This document shows, in pieces, positions 1 through 9,564 of a DNA stretch of 64,000 nucleotides; position 1 is the stretch's first letter, and the number at the start of each line of letters is the position of its first letter. Location of the stretch: the NCBI GenBank assembly GCA_965247115.1, contig CBDFGR010000002.1, forward strand, positions 832,001 to 896,000, written 5' to 3'. The translations under genes and the position numbers were made by a program. Origin of the DNA: Myxococcota bacterium. Its GTDB lineage: Bacteria; Myxococcota_A; UBA9160; SZUA-336. The notes under the pieces are model-generated. The model was given only the letters and a program-made list of their open reading frames with translations, was not told the origin of the DNA and made no database searches.

Positions 1-1
1 C

Positions 2-1024
2 AGCACTTCCCCCGCGGCCTGCGCGAACGTGGACTACGGGCGAGCGAATCTCGGGGCCGGAGCCGATCCCGCGACGAAGCCCAACCCGGACGGCCCCACC
101 CTGGTGGGAGCCGGGGTTTTCGTCACGCAGCTGCGCGCGCTCGACGCGGTTCGCGAGGAGTACGCGTTTCGGGGTCACGTGAGGGCGACCTGGTGCGATC
201 CGCGACTCGCCTACGACCCGGACGAGGTCGGTACGCTGGAGCGCGTCTACATCGGCGGGAACGAACAGCGAGAGAGAGAACGCATCTGGTGGCCCTCCGG
301 ATTCCCCGTTAACCGCGCGGGCTCGTTCGAGGTCACGGAGCGCGTGGTGCGCGTCGCCCCGGACGGCACCGTGCACAACGACATCAACCTAAGCGTACAG
401 GTGCACGCGGACTTGGACCTGCGCCGCTTCCCCTTCGACCACCAGCGACTCGAGCTGGTGATTGAGTCGACTCGCTGGCAGGTCGACGATTTGGTGTTCG
501 TAGCAGACCAGACGACGACGGGCTTCGCGCAGGACTTCACCATGCAGGAGTGGCAGCTTGTCGGCGTGAGCAGCCGCGTCGAGGAAGTCGCTTCGGTTCG
601 AGGCGCAAGACCGTTTTCCCGCTTCCTCTTCGAGATCGATGTGGAGCGCCAAGCGGGCTTCTACCTGTGGAAGGTGATGCTGCCGATCCTCATCATCGTG
701 GCCATTTCGTGGTCGGTCTTCTGGATGACCGACGAAAGACTTGCCGGTCGGAGCCGCATCACTGCCAGCGGCGTCCTGACCGTGGTCGCCTACCAGTTCG
801 TGATTGCCGACGGACTGCCACGGATCGCCTACCTCACGGTGCTCGACAAGATGATGCTGGTGTCGTTTGCCTTGCTGTCGGTGACGGTGCTGCAGAGCAT
901 GCTGGTCGCGCGCTACAACGAATCGTCTCCCGAGACCGCAGTGCTCATCGACCGGACGTCGCGTTGGCTGTTTCCCCTCGTGTACGCGCTTCTGCTTGCA
1001 GGGTACGCGTTCGGCGGCGGATAG
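2..1024 (+). CDS. Prokaryotic pentameric ligand-gated ion channel (ELIC/GLIC-like); 5' end probably outside window
   Basis: W-x-DPRL, IWWP, Pro-loop DLRRFPFDHQ, R..GFYLWKV-M1, M2 VLTVVAYQF, LPRIAYLT-M3, IDR.SRWLFP-M4; frame is open from position 2. Confidence 0.92.
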   Translation, partial: STSPAACANVDYGRANLGAGADPATKPNPDGPTLVGAGVFVTQLRALDAVREEYAFRGHVRATWCDPRLAYDPDEVGTLERVYIGGNEQRERERIWWPSGFPVNRAGSFEVTERVVRVAPDGTVHNDINLSVQVHADLDLRRFPFDHQRLELVIESTRWQVDDLVFVADQTTTGFAQDFTMQEWQLVGVSSRVEEVASVRGARPFSRFLFEIDVERQAGFYLWKVMLPILIIVAISWSVFWMTDERLAGRSRITASGVLTVVAYQFVIADGLPRIAYLTVLDKMMLVSFALLSVTVLQSMLVARYNESSPETAVLIDRTSRWLFPLVYALLLAGYAFGGG

Positions 1025-1302
1025 CGTGCGATTACCACTGATCGTCTCGCCTATGTAGGTCCCTGAGCAAGTCTCTTGGTCGTCGACTTGTCGAAGCTCA
1101 ACAACGTCACCTACGAAGAGACAGACAGGGCTTGCAGACGGACGCGGCGGTCACGAACCCCGGACGTTGCATCCGCGTTCGGACTGCTATCGAGCTACTC
1201 ATACTCTTGCGACCGCAGTGGTCCTAGCGGCCCATGCTCTGACCGCCTCGGCCGCGTGTAGGCACAACAACAGCCGACCGCAGAAATGCTGTGGTAGCGT
1301 GA

Positions 1303-1790
1303 CTACGGATTGTCGCGGCGAAGGGCTGCCAGCCGTTGGCTAAGCCGCTCGGTCCAAAAGTCCATCGCCTTATAGACGTCCGAGAGCTTCTCCGTGATCC
1401 CCGCGACGTTGGCCTTCGTGCCGGCACGCCGGTCCGCCACCGCTCCCAGCCGGACGTCGGTCAACGAATCCAGCAGTTCGGCTTCGAGCCCGGCACTTCC
1501 CACCGTGACCGTGCTATCTGCCGTGTTTCCAACCAGCGCAGTGATCACATGCGCAGGTGGCATCACGGTCGTTATCGCCCTCCGCACGCTGGTTCCAGCC
1601 TCGGCCTCTGTGATGGCCGCGCGCAGGCGCATCACGCCGGGGCCAGGCTGCTCGGCTATCCGATAGTCTTTCCTCAGTGCCTCCTCCGTTGCCTTGTAGA
1701 GGTAGGACGTCAGTGCCTGCCGCTCCTCTTCAGAGAGCTTCTCTGCGTCGACGGAACCCCACAGCTGGACCGAGTCGATCAGAACGGCGT
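1303..1790 (-). pseudogene. DUF3313-type (lipo)protein, N-terminally truncated
   Basis: VLIDSVQLW, PGPGVMRLRAAIT, LEAELLDSLT...AVADRRAG motifs; no signal peptide; similarity stops at about 1790. Confidence 0.65.
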
Positions 1791-2737
1791 GCCACGAGCG
1801 GATCGCGGCACAGAAGATCCCGTACGACTTCATCGACAAGGTGTTTATCAGCCATCTGCACGTCGATCACTATGGCGACCTCGCCTCCTTCTGGCTCGGG
1901 GGCACGGTGATGAACCGCCTCACGCCGCTTCGCATCTGGGGACCGAGTGGACCAACGCCAGAGTTTGGCACCACATACGCGCTCGATCTGATGGAGAAGA
2001 TGTACATCTGGGACGTCGCAACCCGAGCCGGATTCGTCGACTTTCGAGGGGGAGTGCTGGAGGTCCACGAATTCCCGTACGACGGCATGAACGAGGTGAT
2101 CTTCGACGAGAACGGCGTGGTCATCCGCAGCATCCCGGCCATTCACGCCATAGATGGCGCGGTGAGCTTCATCCTTGAGTGGAACGGGCTCAAGTTCGTC
2201 TACGGGGGCGACACCTTCCCCAACAAGTGGTATGTCGAGCACGCGAAGGGCGCGGATCTTGCCATCCACGAGTGCTTCCTCCCGCCCACTCTCATGATCA
2301 CGAAGCAGGGATTCACCCCCTCGGAGGGGCTCATGGTCGCCTCCCAGGCTCACTCTTCGCCGGAGCAGTTCGGCAAGGTGATGTCTCTCGTGAAGCCGCG
2401 TATCGGCGTTGGCTACCACTTCTACAACGACTTCGACACCGCGCCGGAGGTTCAAGAGCGGGTCCGCAGGACCTATTCTGGTCCGCTCGCCCTCGCCGTG
2501 GACTACATGGTCTTCAACGTGACCAAGGACGACATCCGGGTGCGGATGTCCGCCATCGACGAAGAAGTCTGGCCGACCCCCGCGCTCAAGAAGAAGAACC
2601 CGCCGGATCGTTCGAAGATCATTCCGTTCTCGGACTTCACGCGGTCCGGCGCGCTGCCAATGCCGGAGGTCGTGGGACCGATCTTCGATGAGGTCAACGA
2701 GAAGTACGGAACCAAGGTCGAGCCGATTTGGAAGTAG
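1790..2737 (+). pseudogene. RNase Z/GntH-like MBL-fold hydrolase lacking about 100 N-terminal residues
   Basis: Frame reads CHERIAAQKIPYDFIDKVFISHLHVDH from 1790; collinear with paralogs at 8299 and 12101 but lacks their ACGTGMP..ACFLVELGNGDKF segment. Confidence 0.8.
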
Positions 2738-2872
2738 CCGACTCGAGAGTGGGCGTGAGCAGCAGATCGAGACGAGTTTGCCCCTGAACTAGAACGGGTT
2801 CCTTTCTCACTCGGGTGACGCCACGACTGGAGTTCCTTGACATGCGCTCACGGGCAAGAAAGGGAGAGGCAT

Positions 2873-3958
2873 ATGAAACCTCCATTTAGCGTTGTCGATG
2901 CAGACGGTCACATCAACGAACCTGAAGATCGCTTACTGGAATTCCTTGAGACACCCTACCGAGATTATCTCCACCCGTCACTTAGCAACTCCCATGGCAC
3001 CACCTACCCGACCAATTCCCTCGGCCCCAAATTGCCACCGGGATTCGACCCAACCCTCGGAGGACGCCTCGGTAGCAACGGGCCGATCGGCTTTCCCACC
3101 CCGGACGATTGGTTAGAGGCCTTGGATGCCGGCGGCATGGAGCTGACCGTGCTCTATCCAACCACGCTGTTGGGCTATGCCGGTATCATCGATCCCGACT
3201 TCCTCGTGGCCCTTACCCATGCCTACAATTCCTATGTGCATGAAGATTGGCTCCAGGTCAGCCCGCGATTTCGTGCTGTCGCCCTGATGCCGCTGCTCGA
3301 CGTTGAGGAGTCGGTCAAAGAACTGCGTCGCGCGGTCACCGAGCTGGGCTTTGCCGGCGCCTTTGTTCCGGCCACCGGGTTCGGTCTGTTGGGCGACAAG
3401 CGCCTCCACCCGCTCTATGCCGAAGCCGAACGCCTCGGTTGTGTGATCGCAGTCCATGGCGGCCATGCCACAGCCGAACACATGCGCTACACCCGGTTTA
3501 TCCAACGCCACACGATTGGCTTTCCGGTCTCCAACATCATCGCCATGACCCACATGACCTATGAGGGGGTGTTCGAATTATTTCCCACCCTCAGAGTGGC
3601 GTATCTCGAAGCCGGCTGTACCTGGGTGCCCTATATGCTGAACCGGATGGATGAAGAGTGGGAAAAGCGCGGCGATGTGGAAGCGCCGATGTGCAAAGAA
3701 AAACCGAGCACCTATATCAAGAGCGACCGGGTGTTTATTCACGCCGAGCCCGGCGAGGACTTGATTCCGCAAGTCGTCGACATCCTCGGTGACACCAGCC
3801 TGGTCTATGCGTCCGACTGGCCGCACTGGGATCATGAATACCCGGAAAGCGTCGAGCATCTGTGGGATCGCGAGGATCTGAGCGAGAGCCAGAAGCAGGC
3901 AATCTTGGCCGACAATGCACGCGCCATGTACGGCTTCAGTGGCGACAGAGCTGGCTAA
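2873..3958 (+). CDS. Amidohydrolase family 2 protein
   Basis: VDADGHI, VHGG, LEAG, YASDWPHWD, NARAMY motifs; RBS GGGAGAGG before ATG 2873. Confidence 0.88.
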   Translation: MKPPFSVVDADGHINEPEDRLLEFLETPYRDYLHPSLSNSHGTTYPTNSLGPKLPPGFDPTLGGRLGSNGPIGFPTPDDWLEALDAGGMELTVLYPTTLLGYAGIIDPDFLVALTHAYNSYVHEDWLQVSPRFRAVALMPLLDVEESVKELRRAVTELGFAGAFVPATGFGLLGDKRLHPLYAEAERLGCVIAVHGGHATAEHMRYTRFIQRHTIGFPVSNIIAMTHMTYEGVFELFPTLRVAYLEAGCTWVPYMLNRMDEEWEKRGDVEAPMCKEKPSTYIKSDRVFIHAEPGEDLIPQVVDILGDTSLVYASDWPHWDHEYPESVEHLWDREDLSESQKQAILADNARAMYGFSGDRAG

Positions 3959-4025
3959 TGGAGGATGCTCCTCTGACAGGTTCTTGCCCTCAGACCAATC
4001 GATAGGACGGGAAGGGGGGGACCCT

Positions 4026-5417
4026 CTAGTTCTCCACTTCGGCCAAGAACGCTTTCAGCTTGGCTATGGCCGTCAGCATGTTCTCTGTCATCGATTGCAC
4101 GGCGGCCTGCTTGCCGGGATCGGAACTTGTCAAGCTCGCTAGCAGCCCACGGAACCCATCGAGACGCGAGGCGAGCAGCCATTTCTGCAAGCCCTCGTCT
4201 TGCGACCACCGAGCCTGATTAAGGTAGTTTGCTAGCGTCGTCTTCAACCAGTCCACGTCTGAATTCGGATGCGGAATCGGTGTGCAAAGCTGATTCCGGG
4301 TCGACTCGTCGTACGTCGCCTCGACGTGACCAATGAACGCGGCACTGAACACCTGCTGGCACGTTCGCAGGGATTGAAGTGTGATGGTCTCACCATCGAA
4401 TACGGGTACAGCCGGACGCCGTTCGAGGCCGTCCGCCGAACAATCTACGTGGAGTGTTGAGGAATCGGTAGGGATCGTCCCTCCATCCAGGACAATGGTA
4501 TCGCTGTCGATTCGTTGAACTCGCCCCAGTCGCACAATGTTCTCAATGCGACGCAGCTGTTCGAGTTCGAGCCGAGTGACCGTTGCGCACCGGAACATCG
4601 TGGGTCTGATGTCATCTTCCAGCCGGAGCAGATGCCCGCTCGCGTTCAGTCGCTCGAACAGATCTTCGATGGAATCTGCTTTGGCAATGGCCTCGACTTG
4701 TTGAGCGAAGAAGCCGAGAGCAGAATTGTCGGACAAAGCCGCACCTGGCTGAATGGAGGCGCGATCGAGCATCCAGGAATCGCGCGGCATGATCCATGTG
4801 ATGCCGTTCGGATCGACCCCGTTCTTCAAGAGCCAGAGACACGCGTCCATGCCCGTCTTGCCGGCGCCTACCACTACATAGCGCTCAAACTCGCCGCTCA
4901 CGCGCGGGAGGTGGTTGGGCGGGACGCACCGCGCTTCGGATGTCACATCGTACTAGGGGGGACGCACTGACGGCACCGTTACGTTCATGTAAGTGGCGTC
5001 CACTACCTTGTTGACCTGGGCCTGATAGTCGGCGCCAGAAACGAGGGAAACGAAGCGAGTTTTCCCCTTGTACAGGCACATGGGGAAGTACTGCACTCGT
5101 CCTGAAGGCAGAAACTGCTGTTGCATCACCTGATCGAAGTAGGCGCAAACTTCGGAGTTGGTGGCAAGTTCGTAGAGGCCCTTGTTCCAACCAGTCTGAT
5201 CGATCGTGTCGCTGCCGAGCTTTCTCGAGTTCACACCGTAGAAGGACGACGGCTGGTGAAGACGAACGTACGGGTAAGCATCGTTCCAGTGGCCGCCTGG
5301 CTGGTGATGTTTGTCGACCATAATCACGGTGGCATTGGTTTCGGCGATGAGAACGTCGGAAAACGCCATGCCCATGGCGCCACCGCCAATCACCAGGTAA
5401 TCCGCCGAGAGGTTCAT
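4026..5417 (-). pseudogene. FAD/NAD(P)-binding oxidoreductase interrupted by one in-frame TAG (4953-4955)
   Basis: DYLVIGGGAMG..PGGHWNDAYPYVRLHQP and VVVGAGKTGMD lie in the same frame; reads ...VRPP*YDVTSEARCVPPN. Confidence 0.85.
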
Positions 5418-5579
5418 CGTGTCAATGCGTTCCCTTCAGGTTCAACGCGTAGGATAGGCCCTCGTTCTTCAGCTACGAGAACTTCCTGGTCGCAGAGATA
5501 GACGGGCGCCAGATCGCGGGGCTATCCCATCCCTCGCAAGGGTGAAACCATCGCGGCCGAGGCCACCGAGATTCCTCCG

Positions 5580-5873
5580 TCAGTCAACCGTTTCGACCAT
5601 CGCCACATGTGCTTTGTCTACGAGTCCTCGCAGCGCTTCGAGCGCGGCGATACGCTCCGGCGAGTCGACATAGACAGCTTCGGCCGCCTTGAAGGCGTCG
5701 ATGTCGCCCTTGTGGGTAGTGCTCCATACAAACTGGTTGTTGTCCCGGTCGGCATAGGCGAAGTCCACCGAGAAACCATACTGGTTACGAACGGGGATCA
5801 TCCTCGGGAACGCGGCGAGGAAATCATCCATTCGTCCCTCAGCGATTTCGTAGCGACGCAATTGTGTGGCCAT
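5580..5873 (-). CDS. NIPSNAP-like dimeric alpha-beta barrel protein
   Basis: MxTQLRRYEI..GRMDDF, FVW, SPER pattern; RBS AAGGAG. Confidence 0.7.
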   Translation of the reverse strand: MATQLRRYEIAEGRMDDFLAAFPRMIPVRNQYGFSVDFAYADRDNNQFVWSTTHKGDIDAFKAAEAVYVDSPERIAALEALRGLVDKAHVAMVETVD

Positions 5874-6098
5874 CGATGCTCCTTATCGTGGCGCGGTCCA
5901 CTCGACCGAGCTTCGTCACAGTATCGCACACTCGCCAGGATGGAACTCTCTGAGCTCGCTGCCGCGCTCCTTGAAGAGAGAGGCGCCGGCCGGGCCGATC
6001 ATATCTCATTGCGGTTTTCTCGCGCCAGCGTGTACCATACTTGGTACAGGCTGGGCCTCGTTCGTTTCGAGGGCCCGACTCAGTTCAGGGGGACCGTC

Positions 6099-7175
6099 AT
6101 GAAGATGGGTGTTCAGCTCGTATTCCAGAACCACGACGATTTCGACGACCGCGGGATGTACCGCCACGAGGTCGACCTCTCGGTCGAGGCCGAGGCGATG
6201 GGCTTTGACACGATATGGCCCGTAGAGCACCACTTCACCGACTACTCGATGTGTCCCGACAACATGCAGTACCTGAGCTACGTGGCCGCCAGAACCACGC
6301 GGCTGGGACTGGCGACCGGCGCCATCATCGTGCCCTGGAACGACCCCCTGCGGGTGGTCGAGAAGATGGTCCTGCTCGACCACCTGTCCAACGGACGCGC
6401 GATCCTCGGGCTGGGGCGCGGGCTCGCGCGCCGCGAGTACCGCGGCATGCGGCAGAACATGGACGAGGCGCGCGAGCGCTTCAATGAGGGCGCCGAGATC
6501 ATCCTCCGCGGCCTCGAGGAGGGTTTTGTCGAGGCGAACGGCAAGTACCACCAGCAGCCGCGCGTCGAGGTTCGGCCGCGTCCCGTCGCGAGTTTTAAGA
6601 ACCGACGCTACATGGTGTGCATGTCACCCGACTCCTTCGAAGTCGCTGCGGAGTTCGGGCTGGGCATCATGATGTTCTCGCAGTTCCCCTACGAGCAGCT
6701 CAAGGATCGCATCGACAACTACCGCACGGACTACCGTGCGAAACAGGGCGAGGAGCCGCCGCCTATCAACTGCGCCGACTTCGTCTCCTGCTTCCGCGAT
6801 CGCTCCAGAGCTGAGGAGATCGCGCGAAAGCACATCGTCGGGTACCTCGTGAGTGTCCTCAACCACTACGAGATGCTCGACGCCAGCCACTTCGCCGAGA
6901 CGGGCCGCTCGTATCAACACTACGCTGAGAGCGCCAAGCTCCTCGAAGAGATGGGGCACGACGGCGTGATGGACGGCTTTCTCGAGGCCAACCTGTGGGG
7001 CGATCCCGCGCAGATTCGCAACCGGCTCGAGAGGCGACGCGAGGTCATCGGCGACTTCGAGGTCAACGGCGTGTTCAGCTACCAGAGCCTGCCCTACGAC
7101 GTGGTTGCGGACAACATGACGCTCTTCATCGACGAGGTGGGTCCGATGCTCAAGGGCTGGTCGCACCTTGTTTGA
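6099..7175 (+). CDS. Luciferase-like (LLM) flavin-dependent oxidoreductase
   Basis: AEAMGFDTIWPVEHHF, DPLRVVEK..LLDHLSNGR..LGLGRG; true start at ATG 6099 (MKMGVQL) rather than ORF start 5607. Confidence 0.9.
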   Translation: MKMGVQLVFQNHDDFDDRGMYRHEVDLSVEAEAMGFDTIWPVEHHFTDYSMCPDNMQYLSYVAARTTRLGLATGAIIVPWNDPLRVVEKMVLLDHLSNGRAILGLGRGLARREYRGMRQNMDEARERFNEGAEIILRGLEEGFVEANGKYHQQPRVEVRPRPVASFKNRRYMVCMSPDSFEVAAEFGLGIMMFSQFPYEQLKDRIDNYRTDYRAKQGEEPPPINCADFVSCFRDRSRAEEIARKHIVGYLVSVLNHYEMLDASHFAETGRSYQHYAESAKLLEEMGHDGVMDGFLEANLWGDPAQIRNRLERRREVIGDFEVNGVFSYQSLPYDVVADNMTLFIDEVGPMLKGWSHLV

Positions 7176-7596
7176 GCGAGCGGAGGGGCCAGGGGAGCTG
7201 ACGCGCCGTAAGGCCCTCGCGGCGGGGGCCGGCCTGGTCGTGGGCGCGCTCGAATTTGGTTTCGTGCGAGAGGCCGCGGCGGCGCGAGAGTCCATCACAC
7301 AGATCGCGACGTTCGGGCTGAACGCGGAGCGCGAGGACGAGGCCCTCGACGCGATCCGGCGCATGTGCGACAGGGTGGAAGCGGAGGAGCCCGGGGTCCT
7401 CGCCTACGCCGCCTACCGGAGTGAGGACGATCTGTCGCGCGTCGTGTTTTTCGAGATCTACGCGGATGCCGCAGCGGTCGAGGCCCACGGGACGACGCCC
7501 CACATGGGCGAGTTTGGGAGTGCGTTCGGGTCGCTCCTGCTGCCGCCGGTGGAGCTCGAGAAGCTGACCCCCATCGCGGGCTTCACCAACCGGTAG
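7168..7596 (+). CDS. ABM/putative quinol monooxygenase with twin-arginine-like leader
   Basis: EEPGVLAY, VFFEIYAD..AVEAH..TPH; N-terminal TRRKALAAGAGL...AAA. Confidence 0.75.
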   Translation: MFERAEGPGELTRRKALAAGAGLVVGALEFGFVREAAAARESITQIATFGLNAEREDEALDAIRRMCDRVEAEEPGVLAYAAYRSEDDLSRVVFFEIYADAAAVEAHGTTPHMGEFGSAFGSLLLPPVELEKLTPIAGFTNR

Positions 7597-7634
7597 CGTT
7601 CATCATGAGCGCGGTTGCTTTCGCCCGCTCGGCT

Positions 7635-8084
7635 TCACTTCGCTACAACGAAGACCATGTTGCCCGCATCAGCTTTCAGGTTTAGATGGAGCTTTCCATC
7701 GAAGAGCACGTAAGTGGCCGTATTCCCCAGTCTCCCCAGGTAGCGCTGATCGAGGGACTCGTCGCCACAATAGGCGAGCGTACTGGGGCCCAGCGTGTTG
7801 AACGTGAGACGGCTGCCTTCCAACGTGTACGTCCAGATCAGCCGATTGCAGTCGGCTCGGATGTGGGCATCATGGTCCGATCGTAAGGTCAGGGTGTATT
7901 TCGCAGTATCCGGAACGCGGATGTCGCTGTTTTCGTCACCATCCGCCGAGTCCTGGAACTCCTGCCAATGCCAGACTCTCCCTACGAGTTCTGTAGCTCC
8001 TTCGGGTGCGTCCTTCTCTTTCTCTCCACAAGCGCCGACCACCACCATGAATGCGCCAATCAGAACCGCCGCTGTCCGTCTCAC
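7635..8084 (-). CDS. META/HslJ-domain lipoprotein
   Basis: Lipobox VVGAC; ADCN...GPSTLAYC...YL..L; GTG 8084 after GAGGAGG. Confidence 0.82.
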   Translation of the reverse strand: MRRTAAVLIGAFMVVVGACGEKEKDAPEGATELVGRVWHWQEFQDSADGDENSDIRVPDTAKYTLTLRSDHDAHIRADCNRLIWTYTLEGSRLTFNTLGPSTLAYCGDESLDQRYLGRLGNTATYVLFDGKLHLNLKADAGNMVFVVAK

Positions 8085-8298
8085 GTCTGCGTCCTCCTCA
8101 AACTGAGCGCTTGTAGGTCTGACCGTGAGGTGCATTCACCCCGAGACGGCGTACCCAATCGACTAGCTCCCCTAGCGCGCCCGCAGCTGCGCGGAGGTCC
8201 AGCGCCGATCGTCTCGAGTGTTGTCGCCCACCGCGCATATCCCGATCGAGGTCGAGCTCTGCCTGGTTGCTAGGATCCTCCTAAGGGCCACTCCGCTC

Positions 8299-9546
8299 CT
8301 AGCGGTTCCGCATGAACCGCTTGCGCCAGTCCTGATCCTGGAGATCGTACTTCTCCATGAATTCGTCGAGCATGCGCTTCTGAGCGGGTTGTGCGCCCTC
8401 GTCCCAGCGCCCCTGCAGGATGAAGTTCGTGTACTCGCTGGGGCGACCCCTCTCGGGCGGAGGTTGCACCGCCTCGCCCGGGACCGACCAGGCGTCAGCC
8501 GGCGCGACGGCCATGCGCTCGCGGATCTCGTCTTTCGTGACGTTCCAGACCATCAGGTCCGTGGCCATGGAGAGCGGCCCCGCGTAGGTCTCTCGGATGT
8601 TGTCGTAGAGGCCGTAGCGCGTGCCCTCTTCGTTGAAGAAGTGGTACGCCACGGCGTGGCGTGGCTCGATCGTACTCATAATCTTGCCGAACGCCTGTCC
8701 CGACGTATGGAAGGCGCAGCAGGCGCGCCATGCGAGTTGGGGCGGCATGTTGTACCAGCGGACGAAGTCCTCCGGCTGGAGAAAGGTCTCGTGGATTACG
8801 AGGTCCGCGCCCTTTGCGTGCTCGAGGAACCACGTGTTGGGGAAGGTGTCACCCCCGATGACGAGCTTCATCCCCGCGTACTCGAGGATGAAGCTCACCG
8901 GGCCGTCGCCCGCGTGGACCGCCGGGATGGAGCGGATCGCGACCCCGTTCTCCTCGTACACGACCTGGTTGATGCCTTTGTAGTCGAACTCGTGGACCTG
9001 GATGGTCCCCGGAACCGGCGAGATCTGCACCGCGCGTGTCTGGAAATCCCAGTTGGCGAACTTCATGAAGTTCTCCATGGAGTACCGCGTCCCCATCTCG
9101 GGCCGAGTTCCGCTCGGTCCCCAGACCTGGAGCGCGCTCGTCCGGCCGGCTGTCCAGCCCCCGGCCCAGAGCGCGTCGATGTCGCCCATGTGGTCGGTGT
9201 GCAAGTGGGTGAGGAAGACCTTGTCCAGCATGTCGTACGGGATCATCAGGGCCGCCACGTTGGCCATGGACCCCGTACCGATGTCGAACAGGAACTTGTC
9301 GCCGTTTCCCAGCTCCGCGAGAAAGCACGTGGCGGCCTGACCGTGCCGCGCTGCGGGCATACCTGTTCCGCAGGCGATGAGCCGGACCTCGTCCTTCTTT
9401 AGCTCCTCGGTGCCGGGGTAGTAGACATAGCGATCCGGCGCCGCACCGGTAGGCGAGGTCACCGTGCCTCCGGCCCCGAGGAACAGAATGACGGTGACCG
9501 TCAGGCCGATGCCCGAAAGAAATGCTCCTGTGACTGTGAGTCTCAT
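8299..9546 (-). CDS. RNase Z/GntH-like MBL-fold hydrolase, N-terminal signal/anchor
   Basis: ACGTGMP, CFLAELGNGDKFLFDIG, THLHTDH, GGDT, IHET, FHTS. Confidence 0.88.
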   Translation of the reverse strand: MRLTVTGAFLSGIGLTVTVILFLGAGGTVTSPTGAAPDRYVYYPGTEELKKDEVRLIACGTGMPAARHGQAATCFLAELGNGDKFLFDIGTGSMANVAALMIPYDMLDKVFLTHLHTDHMGDIDALWAGGWTAGRTSALQVWGPSGTRPEMGTRYSMENFMKFANWDFQTRAVQISPVPGTIQVHEFDYKGINQVVYEENGVAIRSIPAVHAGDGPVSFILEYAGMKLVIGGDTFPNTWFLEHAKGADLVIHETFLQPEDFVRWYNMPPQLAWRACCAFHTSGQAFGKIMSTIEPRHAVAYHFFNEEGTRYGLYDNIRETYAGPLSMATDLMVWNVTKDEIRERMAVAPADAWSVPGEAVQPPPERGRPSEYTNFILQGRWDEGAQPAQKRMLDEFMEKYDLQDQDWRKRFMRNR

Positions 9547-9564
9547 CTTGCCTCCATCATCGCT

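Noticed and set aside
1076..1261. 61-aa ORF starting VVDLSKLNNVTY, reminiscent of FAD-linked oxidases
   Set aside because: Only about 12 residues of resemblance and no RBS; cannot be supported
5607..6098. 164-aa N-terminal extension of the LLM ORF
   Set aside because: Overlaps the NIPSNAP-like gene on the other strand; RBS and family-like start are at 6099
8218..9402. Long antisense ORFs (also 30535-31404, 48689-49810, 52242-53255 and others)
   Set aside because: Shadow frames of real genes, expected at high GC; no motifs
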